A stretch of 64,000 nt of DNA from Candidatus Poribacteria bacterium (GCA_965198175.1 OZ240245.1:960001-1024000), one strand, 5' to 3'; shown: positions 20,040 through 31,200, counted from the stretch's first letter. Numbers and translations are program-made. Notes: generated by a model from the letters alone, not told the origin.

Positions 20040-20726
20040 TTACTGCCGATACCCGTTTTTATCCCATGTAGCCATAACACCGTTGCCATATTCATTGATA
20101 CTCACAGCCGCGCGGCTTTTGCCGTCTACTTTGCCAAAGACGTCTAACCGCCCCCCGTTTTCGTCCGTCTTAAGTTGAGCCGCACCTATTTCCTTCCCGT
20201 AGTCATATCTACGGACGCTTATCAAACCGCTTTCTCCGTCGTCAGTTACTCCTATTGATGCGAGAAGTTTCTTAGGGTTCGACCCATAGATGGACACATA
20301 TCCACCGTTTTCGGTCGCGGAAATACTGGTCCATGCGCCGTTTTTATGCCAAACTGCACAACTTCCTGTGCCCTCCTCTGAAGTCCGTAGCATAGCGCTC
20401 ACGTGGGCGTCACCAACTTTCTCATTACTGAACATGATTAGTTTGCCGCCATGTAGGTCCACGGTGAGTTTGGCACCACCACGGTTGTCGTTTGCACCGT
20501 AAAGGTATAGGAGTCCGCCGTGTTCATCGGTCTCGAGTTTGGCGGTTGTTTTCCCGGTTAAGGCATCAATCAAAGTTAGCTTGGTACATTCAATATCCCC
20601 GAACTTGTCTCTCTGCGCCGTGACCGACGGCAACATTCCGAATGCAAACAGCATCCCGATAATCGTGAAAACACTACCCAACGCCATTAATCCCGCTTTT
20701 TGCTTCCAACTGCCAGTGTTAAACAT
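20040..20726 (-). CDS. VTAQ-IEC repeat family member 3
   Basis: GGAGG RBS; SVTAQRDKFGDIEC; C-terminus INEYGNG...TWDKNG.RQ as in 47308. Confidence 0.75.
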   Translation of the reverse strand: MFNTGSWKQKAGLMALGSVFTIIGMLFAFGMLPSVTAQRDKFGDIECTKLTLIDALTGKTTAKLETDEHGGLLYLYGANDNRGGAKLTVDLHGGKLIMFSNEKVGDAHVSAMLRTSEEGTGSCAVWHKNGAWTSISATENGGYVSIYGSNPKKLLASIGVTDDGESGLISVRRYDYGKEIGAAQLKTDENGGRLDVFGKVDGKSRAAVSINEYGNGVMATWDKNGYRQ

Positions 20727-20801
20727 CAATAACCCTCCATTTTGCTGTCAGAGATTAAAACCTCAAAATCATTTCAGTAACTAGTCGAGATTGGTTAGCT
20801 T

Positions 20802-21410
20802 TCACTCTCCACTCGTCACTGCATTTATCGGTTCAACGCGAATCGATTTTGGTGAGGTCGGACAGTGATACTGACACACGCCGCACCCGACGCAGCCCGG
20901 CGACATCACCTCTATCCGATCCTGAGCGTCTATCCGTATCGCTTCGTTGCCGATTGGACAACTGTCGACGCAGTCGCGGCAGTTGATTGATTCTGTGCGA
21001 AGACACGATTCATAATTGACAACCGCTAACCCAATCTGAATCTCGTTGACCGACAGTTTTTGCAGCGCCCCGCTTGGACATACGTTCATACATTCGAGTG
21101 TTTCGCAGACCACACACGGTTGATAGTCTGGATCGATGTAGGGGGTTCCAGCCAGATCGGGGTCGTGTCGATGGATGGGTAGGATTGCTTGAGCGGGGCA
21201 ACTGTTGACGCACGCTCCGCTGCGCACGCAGGTATCCAAGAACTCATCTTCAGGAAGTGCCCCTGGGGGGCGCAGCAATGCTTTCTCGGTGGGGATATAC
21301 GCGCCAATCTGAGCATCGACGTATTCTGCGACCGGCTGTGCAAGTCTTGAAATCGCCTCCCGAAAAAAGGATCGTCTGGTGTGTGCCGATGAATCGTCCG
21401 ATTTTGCCAT
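20802..21410 (-). CDS. NapG/MauM-type 4Fe-4S ferredoxin
   Basis: TRRSFF, LLRPPGA, multiple CxxCxxxCP motifs. Confidence 0.85.
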   Translation of the reverse strand: MAKSDDSSAHTRRSFFREAISRLAQPVAEYVDAQIGAYIPTEKALLRPPGALPEDEFLDTCVRSGACVNSCPAQAILPIHRHDPDLAGTPYIDPDYQPCVVCETLECMNVCPSGALQKLSVNEIQIGLAVVNYESCLRTESINCRDCVDSCPIGNEAIRIDAQDRIEVMSPGCVGCGVCQYHCPTSPKSIRVEPINAVTSGE

Positions 21411-21625
21411 TTGAGTTTAGCCTCATTGAAATTCTATCGCAACGCATTGGGTACATCTATCCTTCAGTCACAAACTGATGTCGAATCCTTCCTTTTACTG
21501 GAGTCACTCAACCGCTTTATCTACCAACGAGTCATCCATGGCTCCGTTGTCAATTTTGGCAAAGGTGCACGACGATGTCAAGGAGAAAATGCCTTCATTA
21601 GTTGAGGGCAAGTATGGGATTTTCA

Positions 21626-21654
21626 TTGACAAAACGGATCGCTCACATTACAAT
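21626..21654 (+). promoter_or_regulatory. Sigma70-like promoter
   Basis: TTGACA-N17-TACAAT. Confidence 0.55.
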
Positions 21655-21791
21655 GGATAAGTTAGCCGACGTTGTCGTGACAACAACGCTCATGTGAGAA
21701 TCTAATCCGCTGGATGCTTACGGATTGGCTCCGCGCGAGGTTGCGACGTTCGTAGGCGAGCGATTGAGCAACTCAAAATCCAAACAACGAT

Positions 21792-22385
21792 ATGGAGGCA
21801 AATATCATAGTACGACAAAATTATTATTGGATAAAGTTCATAATTGCACTGATTCTAGTCGGATCTGCGGTCTTTCTCTCCTGTGGAGACGAGGGCGAAC
21901 CGCTAACACCCATGACAGATGGCGAGATGCTACCTGATGACGGAGATCAAGACACAGACGACATGGTGGCGGAACAACCGGAGGCTCTCCCTGGGCTCCC
22001 TGACTATACCGCCGGATTTGAGACTTGGCTCAAGATGAACGCGGAGCCAATTGTGGGTGGATCGCCTGCACATTTCGGCACGAAGGATATCCTTGTCAAT
22101 CAGGAACGCGCTGCCATCGCTCCGGACGGAGAGCAGAAGTTCCCTTATCCAGATGGGAGTATCATTGTTAAGCCCGTGTTCCGCTCCGACGATGACTTCA
22201 TCGGCATCTTCGCGGTCATGCAAAAAGAAGCAGGAAGTAATCCTGCCGCCAACGACTGGACGTTCATCGAATACGCGCGCCGCGATAAAGATGCCGCATT
22301 TTCGGTGCTTGCAAAAGGTAAGCTCTGCGAAAGCTGTCATTCGGCTGTCCAAGACACGGATTATGTGTATCAGCGGCTCGAGTAA
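21792..22385 (+). CDS. Cytochrome P460-family lipoprotein
   Basis: Lipobox FLSC; YPDGSIIVK, AVMQK, W.F.EY, C-terminal CESCH heme motif and DYVY. Confidence 0.75.
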   Translation: MEANIIVRQNYYWIKFIIALILVGSAVFLSCGDEGEPLTPMTDGEMLPDDGDQDTDDMVAEQPEALPGLPDYTAGFETWLKMNAEPIVGGSPAHFGTKDILVNQERAAIAPDGEQKFPYPDGSIIVKPVFRSDDDFIGIFAVMQKEAGSNPAANDWTFIEYARRDKDAAFSVLAKGKLCESCHSAVQDTDYVYQRLE

Positions 22386-22494
22386 TTGAAGACAAGCCCG
22401 CGATTCTGGCGAATGGAGAGAGAGAAAGGTCCTTCCCAAAAAATGCACCATTCTACCGACGTGAATTGTCGATTGTGGATGGAATTGGAAAAAA

Positions 22495-23829
22495 ATGCCT
22501 ACAGCAGCGCTTATCACCTTCGGATGCAAGGTCAACCAATATGATACACAGTCAATGCAAGAAACCGTGCAGCGCAACGGTTACACCGTCGTTGATGAAA
22601 ATGAATCTGCAGACATCTACTTTATCAATACCTGCACCGTGACCCACATCGCAGACCAAAAAGGACGTCAGGCTATTCGCCGCGCCATCCGAAAGAACCC
22701 TAATGCCAAGGTGCTTGTCACGGGCTGCTACGCCGAAAGCGATCGAGAGGCGATCGCAAATATACCCGGCGTATCGCTTGTATTCGGAAACCGCGAAAAA
22801 GCCAATCTTCAAGAATATCTGGATGGGATTCATGCCGATGAGGTGACTGAGGGTGATTCGCCGCTCCTACAGATTAAGCCGGTGCAGCATGACCCGATCC
22901 GTGAGCATGCGCGATTTAGTCACATGGGCGTGAGCGGTTTGACGCAACGCACACGCGCGCTCATAAAAATTCAAGATGGATGTAGCGCCTTCTGTACCTA
23001 CTGTATCATCCCATACGTCCGCGGCCGCATGACAAGCCGCCCTTTAGACAATGTCGTAAGAGAAGCAGAGCAAATCGCCGCAAACGGATACAAGGAGGTT
23101 GTCATAACGGGCGTGCACATGGGGACTTACGGAAAGGATATCCGGAGAAAATCAACGCTCGTTGATATTTTGGAGCAGGTCCACTCCATCGAAGGAATTG
23201 AACGCATCCGCTTTAGCTCGATTGAACCGATGAATTTTCCCGACGACCTCGTAGATCGGATGGTAGGTTTGCCCAAGTGCATGCCGCATTTCCATCTGCC
23301 GCTGCAATCGGGCAGTGACAAAATTCTGCGTCGGATGCGCCGCCAGTACACAACAGCTGGGTATGCACGCCTAGTTGAGAAGTTACGCCTCGCTTTCCCG
23401 GAAGTAGCCGCGACCACCGATGTCATGGTCGGTTTCCCTGGGGAGACCGATGTGGATTTTGAAGATTCACTCCAATTCGTCGAGGAGATGGGATTCAGCC
23501 AGTTGCACGTGTTTCGATATTCCCCCCGGCAAGGTACGGCAGCAGCCGAGTATCCCAATCAGACACCGCCGCACGTGTCGGCAGAGCGAAGCAAGGCTAT
23601 GATAGAACTTGGGAAGGGACTTCGGAATAAGTTCCGGCGTCGGATGTTAGGCAAGACATTGGACGTCTTAGTTGAGGACAGCAAGGAGGGTGAAAATCGT
23701 CAGTTAGCGGGATTTACAGGGAATTACCTGCGCGTCTTATTGGATTGTCCCAATTCTGCGATTAACCGTATTCTGCCGGTGAAGTTGTTGGCGTTGGATG
23801 GTGATTTTATTCAGGGAGAGGTGCTTTAG
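22495..23829 (+). CDS. mtaB: tRNA t6A37 methylthiotransferase MtaB
   Basis: TFGCKVNQYD, INTCTVT, IQDGCSAFCTYCIIP, RIRFSSIEP, HVFRYSPR.GT, TRAM domain. Confidence 0.93.
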   Translation: MPTAALITFGCKVNQYDTQSMQETVQRNGYTVVDENESADIYFINTCTVTHIADQKGRQAIRRAIRKNPNAKVLVTGCYAESDREAIANIPGVSLVFGNREKANLQEYLDGIHADEVTEGDSPLLQIKPVQHDPIREHARFSHMGVSGLTQRTRALIKIQDGCSAFCTYCIIPYVRGRMTSRPLDNVVREAEQIAANGYKEVVITGVHMGTYGKDIRRKSTLVDILEQVHSIEGIERIRFSSIEPMNFPDDLVDRMVGLPKCMPHFHLPLQSGSDKILRRMRRQYTTAGYARLVEKLRLAFPEVAATTDVMVGFPGETDVDFEDSLQFVEEMGFSQLHVFRYSPRQGTAAAEYPNQTPPHVSAERSKAMIELGKGLRNKFRRRMLGKTLDVLVEDSKEGENRQLAGFTGNYLRVLLDCPNSAINRILPVKLLALDGDFIQGEVL

Positions 23830-24064
23830 CACTAGCATCCGAAACACGAGCTGGTTGCGGGGCGCCGCACCGCTAACAGAAATCTCAACCACGAATGGTC
23901 GGTCCCCGCGTTAATCGGCACTCTTATCTTAGTTTCACTCTCAAGTGTAACCTATCTCTACTCCTATCGTCTCACAACCACTTACACCTCAACAAGGCTA
24001 GTCTATTTGATAAGATGTTTGCTCTTGTGGCCCCGATTCGATTGTCGAACTTTCAGCGCCTACA

Positions 24065-24361
24065 CTAAGCAGAGGTCAGGCTGTTTATCCGTCGAGCAAG
24101 GCGAGACTTCTTCCGATTCGCCGTACCCTTTTTGATAACGCCCTTCTGTGCTGCTCTGTCAAGGTGACTGGCGGATTGCCGGTACAATTCCTGCACTTGC
24201 TCTAAATTTTTCTCCTCAATCACGGCTTCTGTCTTCTTCAACATGGTCCGCATAGCAGTTTTTTGTCTAAAGTTCCGCTCACGCTTCTTTGGATCGGCGC
24301 GAAGGTGTTTTAACCCAGACTTCCTTCTGAAATCAGTCTGCTTTCCCTCTCTTTGAGGCAA
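24065..24361 (-). CDS. rpsT: 30S ribosomal protein S20
   Basis: KSGLK, RN...KTAMRT, DRAAQKGVIKKGTANRKKSRL; AAGGAGG RBS. Confidence 0.9.
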   Translation of the reverse strand: MPQREGKQTDFRRKSGLKHLRADPKKRERNFRQKTAMRTMLKKTEAVIEEKNLEQVQELYRQSASHLDRAAQKGVIKKGTANRKKSRLARRINSLTSA

Positions 24362-24598
24362 TTCAAATCCCCTCCTTCCAATGTAACGATTTTCTGTGGT
24401 TAATCAAGTGACCGATTGGGCTGCGTTTTGGAATCGGCTAGAGGATTCGTATCCGCTAGCATTCCTTAAATAATAGCATAGTCTGCGTCGATTTGTCCAT
24501 GTTTCTTTAGAGATGTTTGGAAGTTTTCGAATCCTTTCCTGTTTCCGTCCATACGCGTCAAGGTTATCGCAGCAGTTTTCCCTCTAATCTTCTGTTTG

Positions 24599-26272
24599 TT
24601 ACCGAACAAGTGCCAGTTTTTTTATTCTCGAGTACGTCTCTCCGTTGACAGACGCTTCAAATTTACACACGTAAACACCGGTGGCGACCTCTCGCCCCGA
24701 GGCATTCTCGTGATTCCACCAGACTCGCCAAATGCGGGGGTCAGCGCCATCCGGTACGCCCGACTTCTGTTTTACTAAGGAACCGTCAGACGCATAGATA
24801 TAAATATGCATCGACTCCATCGGCAAATTCCCTTCGCCTCGCAATTGAGTCAACTCATCTGTCAATCGAGCGGGATTCGGAAACACCGCCGCGCTTATCC
24901 ATTCAAAATCAGGTTCAAACAGAACAGTTTGTTCAACAGAACTAGCGCCAAGCGGATACACAACTGTTGCGCGGACGAGATTTTCCCCCGGTTGCATCGT
25001 TACTTCCGCCTGATAGGTGCGGCTGGATCGGTCTATTTGAGCGAGTACATTTCCTGGGCTCAGGACGATTTCCACGGGGAAATCTGACTCGAATCTGCCC
25101 GTGATTTGGACCGGATTCTGATTAGCGACAGGGATCGAATCAATTGTAACCCTCGGAGTGGAACCACTTTGATGAGATTGACTTGCGAGACCATCCAGCG
25201 TAACTAGCACAAGTTGAGTGACTTTACGAACCAATTGCATGTTAATCTTATCAACCGTGTCGCGAAAGGTATGATAAAAAGGATTGGCTTCATAACTGGA
25301 CGAATCTCGCCTCGGTGTTGTACTTTCAGTGAAGGTAACTGCCCGATAGTCTTCCTCCCAAAACGAACGATGATCGCCTATGCTGAGTGACCCATCACGA
25401 ATCGGTCGAACCTCCAATCCAATATCGTACCATTTATTTGCTATCAGCGCCATCTCACCAATCCAGACAGACGAGTTGTCCGAGCCATCCGTGAGCACTT
25501 CGACGAGATCCGTTATCCAATTAAAGCCGATCATGTCAATATTGATGACAAGAACAATGTTTTCGCCTGCCTGTGACGCTTCTTTGGCGTGATGCCGACT
25601 CCCTTGACGCCCGATTTCTGCGCCATCAAGTGCAATGAACCGCAACTCGTGATTGTAATTAAATTGGCTTAACAGATGAGCAATCTCAAGCATCGCGGCG
25701 ACGCCGGTTGCATTGTCGTTCGCACCGGGTGCTTCTGAAATCAACGGATTCCAGTTGGCGTTGTCTCGATTGGCTATGCTGTCGTAGTGAGCGCAGAGGA
25801 TAAAGATCCGATCGCTTGTTGAACCGTGTCGTGCGGGCAGCGTCGCAACGACGTTCTTCAAGCCACGGAATTCTTCAAGTTCAATTTGCAATCGCGGCGA
25901 GCGGCGAAACTGGTTCTCAATGTACTGGGCTGCGTTATCTACAGCGTCGCGATGGTAGGAACTTCGCGTGCGATAGACAATGGGCTTGTATGATAATACA
26001 TCCGAAGGTGGAAGGCGTCCCGATTCAGGGGTTGGCGTCTGCTGGACGTTCTCCTGCAAGGTAATGATGTGCGCTTTAAGCTTCTCTGACTGGACTAAGG
26101 GTAGGATGTCATCGCCGCGATCGGCGAGGCTAGCGGTTCGTATAGATGAGATTAGGAGAATCGTGGTGCACAAAAGCGGTCTACCTTTTTCACACCAATT
26201 TCCCTTCAGTCCCCTTTTCATCGGGGCATGGAATGTTACTAGGAGAATCGTGAGTATTTGTCGGAACTTCAT
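24599..26272 (-). CDS. M28-family peptidase with C-terminal FlgD/T9SS-like sorting domain
   Basis: AHYDS, PGANDNATG, GAEIG, NIDMIG, GDH, YHT motifs; FPNP...GVY..K...KLALVR tail; start set at MKFRQ (26272). Confidence 0.82.
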   Translation of the reverse strand: MKFRQILTILLVTFHAPMKRGLKGNWCEKGRPLLCTTILLISSIRTASLADRGDDILPLVQSEKLKAHIITLQENVQQTPTPESGRLPPSDVLSYKPIVYRTRSSYHRDAVDNAAQYIENQFRRSPRLQIELEEFRGLKNVVATLPARHGSTSDRIFILCAHYDSIANRDNANWNPLISEAPGANDNATGVAAMLEIAHLLSQFNYNHELRFIALDGAEIGRQGSRHHAKEASQAGENIVLVINIDMIGFNWITDLVEVLTDGSDNSSVWIGEMALIANKWYDIGLEVRPIRDGSLSIGDHRSFWEEDYRAVTFTESTTPRRDSSSYEANPFYHTFRDTVDKINMQLVRKVTQLVLVTLDGLASQSHQSGSTPRVTIDSIPVANQNPVQITGRFESDFPVEIVLSPGNVLAQIDRSSRTYQAEVTMQPGENLVRATVVYPLGASSVEQTVLFEPDFEWISAAVFPNPARLTDELTQLRGEGNLPMESMHIYIYASDGSLVKQKSGVPDGADPRIWRVWWNHENASGREVATGVYVCKFEASVNGETYSRIKKLALVR

Positions 26273-26301
26273 AACTTTCAGTCCCCTTTTCATCGGGGCA
26301 T
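26203..26301 (-). CRISPR. Orphan CRISPR-like mini-array (one full 37-nt repeat, one partial repeat, 35-nt spacer)
   Basis: Minus-strand repeat GTAACATTCCATGCCCCGATGAAAAGGGGACTGAAGG at 26203-26239; 27-nt near-identical copy ending GAAAG at 26275-26301; period 72; internal CCCC/GGGG hairpin. Confidence 0.55.
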
Positions 26302-26325
26302 TTCCTAGCCGCTGGCACCTCCCCA

Positions 26326-27753
26326 TTATCCAATTAACCGTCCAATTTCCCAAACGACACATGAAACTGCAAACCCAATGTAAATAAGCGAGACGATAAT
26401 CATAATCACGGTGGATGCGCCTCTCGGCTTGGCAGTCTTCGGCAAGAACCGGTGATTAATATAAAGCGTGAGTGGCACATAGATTGCCATCGCAAATCCA
26501 CCCATGTAGGCTGCGTTAAAGAGAAAGCCGAGTTCACTGACGCCTTTCTGCTCCATCACAAAGGTAATCAAGCAGCCAGCTACGATCCATGTGCCCGCCA
26601 CGAGCAGATACCACCAACTCAACTCGCGTTTCTGTGCCCCTTTGAAATTGGTGTAAACGATGTCGGCAATCGACCGTGACACCCCATCAACCAAGGCGAG
26701 TTGCGTTCCAAAGAGCGTTGCCACGCCGACAAGTAGAAAGATTACTCGCCCCGGACCGCCCCACACTTCACCCAGCACCCGTGCCTCGTCCCAGATGAGG
26801 GTTCCCTTCGCCGGCACGATGCCTGCAGGATGCAAAACAGCGAGTGCACCGACGATGAAGAGCAAGATAGTAACAGTGTTCAACGCCCAAAAGAAAATTA
26901 ACTGATCTTTCCTGATATAGCTCCACCACGCCTTGAACCGATCGCGATTCCTCTCCGTATCCTCGAAGACAAAACCGGTGGACGGAACCGCCTCGGTCCT
27001 GCCCCGAAGCGGATTCTGTAACTCTGGAAGGCGTGCCCCCATGCCGATATTCTTGTCTCGAAGATAAAAGGTGTAGAAGAGGTTCGCTGTACCGCCGGCG
27101 CCAGCAAAAACGATTGCGATGAACATCGCTTTCACCGTCATATTTGGAGCTTTGTAGCCGATATTCAAAATGCCCGCACCCAGCTCCTTATACGTATCCG
27201 CTGAACCGACAGCGATGGCGACTACGATGAGACCCACCGTGACGATGATGACGAGCAACTCAATCGTCCGCTCAACTGAGTGATAAATCATCTTGGGGCC
27301 AAAAAGGAGGAGAGCGACCGTGCCAAAAGTGACCACTGTCCAGAATGTGTCAGTCCCCCAACCTTCCGGGCCAACCAGCAGGGCTTTGAGCGCAAGTCCC
27401 GAAGCCCGCGCCCAGCCGGGCGCAATCCAGCTTAGCACGGTGATAAGGATGAACAGCGGCGCAAACCCACGCCACACCCGGCAGTAGCCGGTATAGACAG
27501 TTTCACCTGTTGCAATTGTCCAGCGTCCTACCTCGAAGTTAATCCATAATTGTAGAAAGACGCCTAATACAGCTGCCCAGACCATACTGCCACCGTACTC
27601 CGCTGCAATCCGCGGCCAAATCACAATCTCACCTGCCCCGATAGAGAGACCGACTAATATTGCCCCTGGTCCAGCAATCTTCCAGAATGGCATTGTTTTC
27701 TCGGGTAGGTCCTCGGTCTTGAAATCAGCAAGCGGCTCGTATATTTTGCTCAT
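26326..27753 (-). CDS. NRAMP/MntH-related (YcsG-like) membrane transporter
   Basis: GPGAILVGLSIGAGE, E.GRWTIATGE, about 11 hydrophobic segments. Confidence 0.78.
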   Translation of the reverse strand: MSKIYEPLADFKTEDLPEKTMPFWKIAGPGAILVGLSIGAGEIVIWPRIAAEYGGSMVWAAVLGVFLQLWINFEVGRWTIATGETVYTGYCRVWRGFAPLFILITVLSWIAPGWARASGLALKALLVGPEGWGTDTFWTVVTFGTVALLLFGPKMIYHSVERTIELLVIIVTVGLIVVAIAVGSADTYKELGAGILNIGYKAPNMTVKAMFIAIVFAGAGGTANLFYTFYLRDKNIGMGARLPELQNPLRGRTEAVPSTGFVFEDTERNRDRFKAWWSYIRKDQLIFFWALNTVTILLFIVGALAVLHPAGIVPAKGTLIWDEARVLGEVWGGPGRVIFLLVGVATLFGTQLALVDGVSRSIADIVYTNFKGAQKRELSWWYLLVAGTWIVAGCLITFVMEQKGVSELGFLFNAAYMGGFAMAIYVPLTLYINHRFLPKTAKPRGASTVIMIIVSLIYIGFAVSCVVWEIGRLIG

Positions 27754-28274
27754 CCTGATAATCCCTTCTCCCTATCGTTTGACAACTCCCCTTCTGACTC
27801 GCTGCGATGTCAGTGAAAGTCGATTCCTTCTGTTGCTCGTGTTGGAAACAAAATCCATTTTACAGCTTTTTCATTGCCTCGTCAACAGAAATCCTCGTCC
27901 TCTCCATCGCTTTCAATTGACTGCTTAACCCATATATGCTATATTTTGCTGAAATTGGGAACAAACGAGACCAAGACAATCACGGCAGGCTGTGCTACCC
28001 GTGAGTAAGACATTGCTTGCACCCACAATCTGTGGTAAAATCGGGGTTGACGCATTTTCGGTTTCGCTGGTCATACATGCAGATGCGACCTATGCCAATT
28101 GCCCCGGGTAACAGTGGCTTTCTCTTATGTTTAGCAACAAAATGATGTTGAGGAAAGACCCAATACAACGATGGGAGAATACGGTGCCGAATAATCATTC
28201 CGTGCGGACAGGGTTGAAAAGCTAGAAAAGTAGTGAGAGGTTCTCCACGCCTGCAGAACTTCAAAAGGAGACAC

Positions 28275-31200
28275 ATGACCGACGAATTCATTGATATTCG
28301 CGGCGCTCGCGAACATAACTTAAAGAACATCAATCTCAAGCTCCCAAAAGACAAACTCATCATCTTCACCGGTGTCAGTGGCTCAGGCAAGTCATCGTTG
28401 GCGTTCGACACGCTCTACGCCGAAGGGCAACGTCGCTATATCGAATCGCTCTCTGCTTATGCCCGCCAATTTCTCGGTCAACTGGAAAAACCCGAAGTCG
28501 ATTTCATCGGCGGGCTATCCCCATCCATCTCGATCGACCAGAAATCAGCCGGTAACAATCCACGTTCAACCGTCGCAACAATCACAGAGATTTACGACTA
28601 CTTGCGCGTGCTGTTTGCACGTGTGGGTGTGAAGCATTGTCTACAGTGCGGACGCGCTGTGGGCGCCCAAACGACAGAGGCGATTATAAATGGAATTGTG
28701 AACCTACCCGAGCAAACGCGAATCTTGGTACTTGCGCCAATCGTCAGCGGACGAAAAGGGGAATACCGCGAAGATCTCGCCGATGCACTCAAGGCCGGAT
28801 TCGTCCGCGCCCGAATTGATGGAAAGGTTTATGACCTGATGGATGAAATACAGTTAGATCGCAATCAGCGTCACGATATTGAGATTGTGATTGACCGTAT
28901 CGTCATCAAACCCGACATCCGCAGTCGTGTTGCAGAAACTGTTGAAACCGCGCTGCGAATGGGAGAGGGACGCTTAATCGTCAACATCGTTGAAGAGCAG
29001 CCTAACGCCGGCGATCTCCTCTATAGTAAGGATTATACATGCGTTCACTGCAATATCAGTTATGAACCGCCTGCACCGCGTCATTTTTCCTTCAACAGCC
29101 CAGCCGGAATGTGTCCGACCTGCAAAGGTCTGGGCACGAAAACAGAAATCTCTCCCAATTTGGTCGCGCCGGACGTAACTAAATCAATCAGAGAAGGTGC
29201 GGTTGTCTTTTGGGGCGAACTAGAAACCTTAAACACTCAGCACATTACTTCAAGCTTGGCAGCACACTTCGGCTTTAGCCTCGACACCCCTTGGAACGAG
29301 TTGACCAATGCGCAACAGCAAGTTATCCTCTATGGCACGGATGGGGAAAAAATTCCCTTCGTTTACCGCACACGTCGAAAGCGGCGCTACGGGTACGAGA
29401 TGGCGTTTGAGGGTGTAATTCCCATTGAGGAGCGTAAGTATTTTCAGTCCGATTCGGAGTTGCACAAGCGATATCTTTCAAAATTTATGGTCTCTAGGGT
29501 CTGTCCGGATTGCGAAGGGAAACGACTCAAGCTAGAAGTCAAATCAGTGACAATTACTGCAAAATCGATTTTTGATGTGATTGAGATGACGGTCGGGGAT
29601 TGTCTGGAATTCTTCGAAAAGCTCCAACTATCAGAACGCGAAGCCTTCATTGCAACAGATCTGCTGAAAGAAATAAAGGGACGTCTCTGGTTTCTCATGA
29701 ACGTCGGGCTGCATTACCTTACCTTGAATCGCACAGCGCCAACGCTCTCAGGTGGAGAATCGCAGCGGATTCGGTTGGCTAGTCAGATTGGGGCGGGATT
29801 GCGCGGAGTGCTATACGTCCTCGATGAACCAAGTATCGGATTGCATCCGCGCGATAACACCCACCTCCTTGCAACACTGAAGCATCTTCGTGATATGGGA
29901 AATACCGTGATTGTTGTCGAGCATGACGCCGATACAATGTGGGCTGGAGACATGATTGTTGACTTCGGGCCAGGGCCGGGAATTCAGGGCGGGGAAATTG
30001 CAGCGATTGGATCGCCCCACGAAGTCGCTGAACATGCAACCTCACTAACTGCCAAATATCTTCGCGGGGACCAACAGATTGAAATACCCGATAAGCGTCG
30101 AGTTGTTGGGGGCAACTGGCTTGAAATCTGCGGTGCGCGCCATCACAACCTGAAGCATCTTAATGTGCGCATCCCAATTGGAGCTTTTACTTGTGTGACC
30201 GGCGTCAGTGGTTCCGGCAAGAGTTCGCTCATCACCGATATTCTATACAAAGCCCTTGCCCGAGATTTGATGAAGGCACATGAACAGCCGGGGGAATACC
30301 AAGAAATTCGAGCGCTAATTGCTGAGGAGTCACATCAGAACAACGGAAATATGGAAGAAGATGAGCAAGGCGAAAGATGCCAAGAACCAGATAGGCGGGA
30401 AGAGAGTGGGAGTCGAAATGAGATCTTACACACTACACAACATGCAATACGCGGCATACAATTCGTAATCGACAAAATCATCGACATCGATCAGACGCCA
30501 ATTGGACGGACACCGAGATCAAATCCTGCGACCTACACGAAAGTGTTTGATCACATTCGTGCGCTTTACGCTCAAATGACTGAGTCGAATTTGCGTGGCT
30601 ACAAGCAGGGGCGTTTTAGCTTCAATGTTAAGGGTGGACGGTGTGAAGCCTGTGGGGGCAATGGATCACGACGGATTGAGATGCACTTTCTCGCTGATGT
30701 GTGGGTCAGGTGCAACGTCTGCCAGGGGAAACGCTATAATGATGAAACGCTGCAGGTCGAATACCGAGGGAAGAGCATCGCTGATGTCCTCAATATGGAT
30801 GTCCAAGAGGCATTAGAACACTTCGCCAACGTTCCAACAATCTCGAAAATCCTGCAGACCCTCCACGATGTTGGCTTAGATTACATCAAGCTCGGGCAGC
30901 CTGCGCCGACGCTTTCCGGTGGAGAGGCGCAGCGAATCAAGCTCGCACGCGAACTCGCCAAACGGAGTACAGGAAAGACGCTCTATATTCTCGATGAACC
31001 GACAACAGGGTTGCATTTCCATGATGTGAAGAAATTACTGGAAGTATTGCATCAATTGGTAGATGCCGGCAACACCATTGTCGTAATTGAGCATAACCTC
31101 GAGGTGGTCAAAACGGCGGATTATCTCATTGATTTGGGACCTGAAGGTGGCGAGGAAGGAGGCGAGGTCGTGGCATTTGGTACGCCCGAAGAAGTGGGGG

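Noticed and set aside
14031..20726. Diversity-generating retroelement behind the paralog family
   Set aside because: No reverse transcriptase, and differences between copies are not adenine-specific
21930..22577. 215-aa antisense ORF and other long shadow ORFs (e.g. 37083-37640, 38952-39494, 61246-61860)
   Set aside because: They lie opposite well-supported genes and lack motifs or RBS
26273..26362. ORF-track N-terminal extension of the M28 peptidase with an APMKRGLK peptide repeat
   Set aside because: It is the translation of the DNA repeat and overlaps the upstream transporter; ATG 26272 gives a better signal-peptide start
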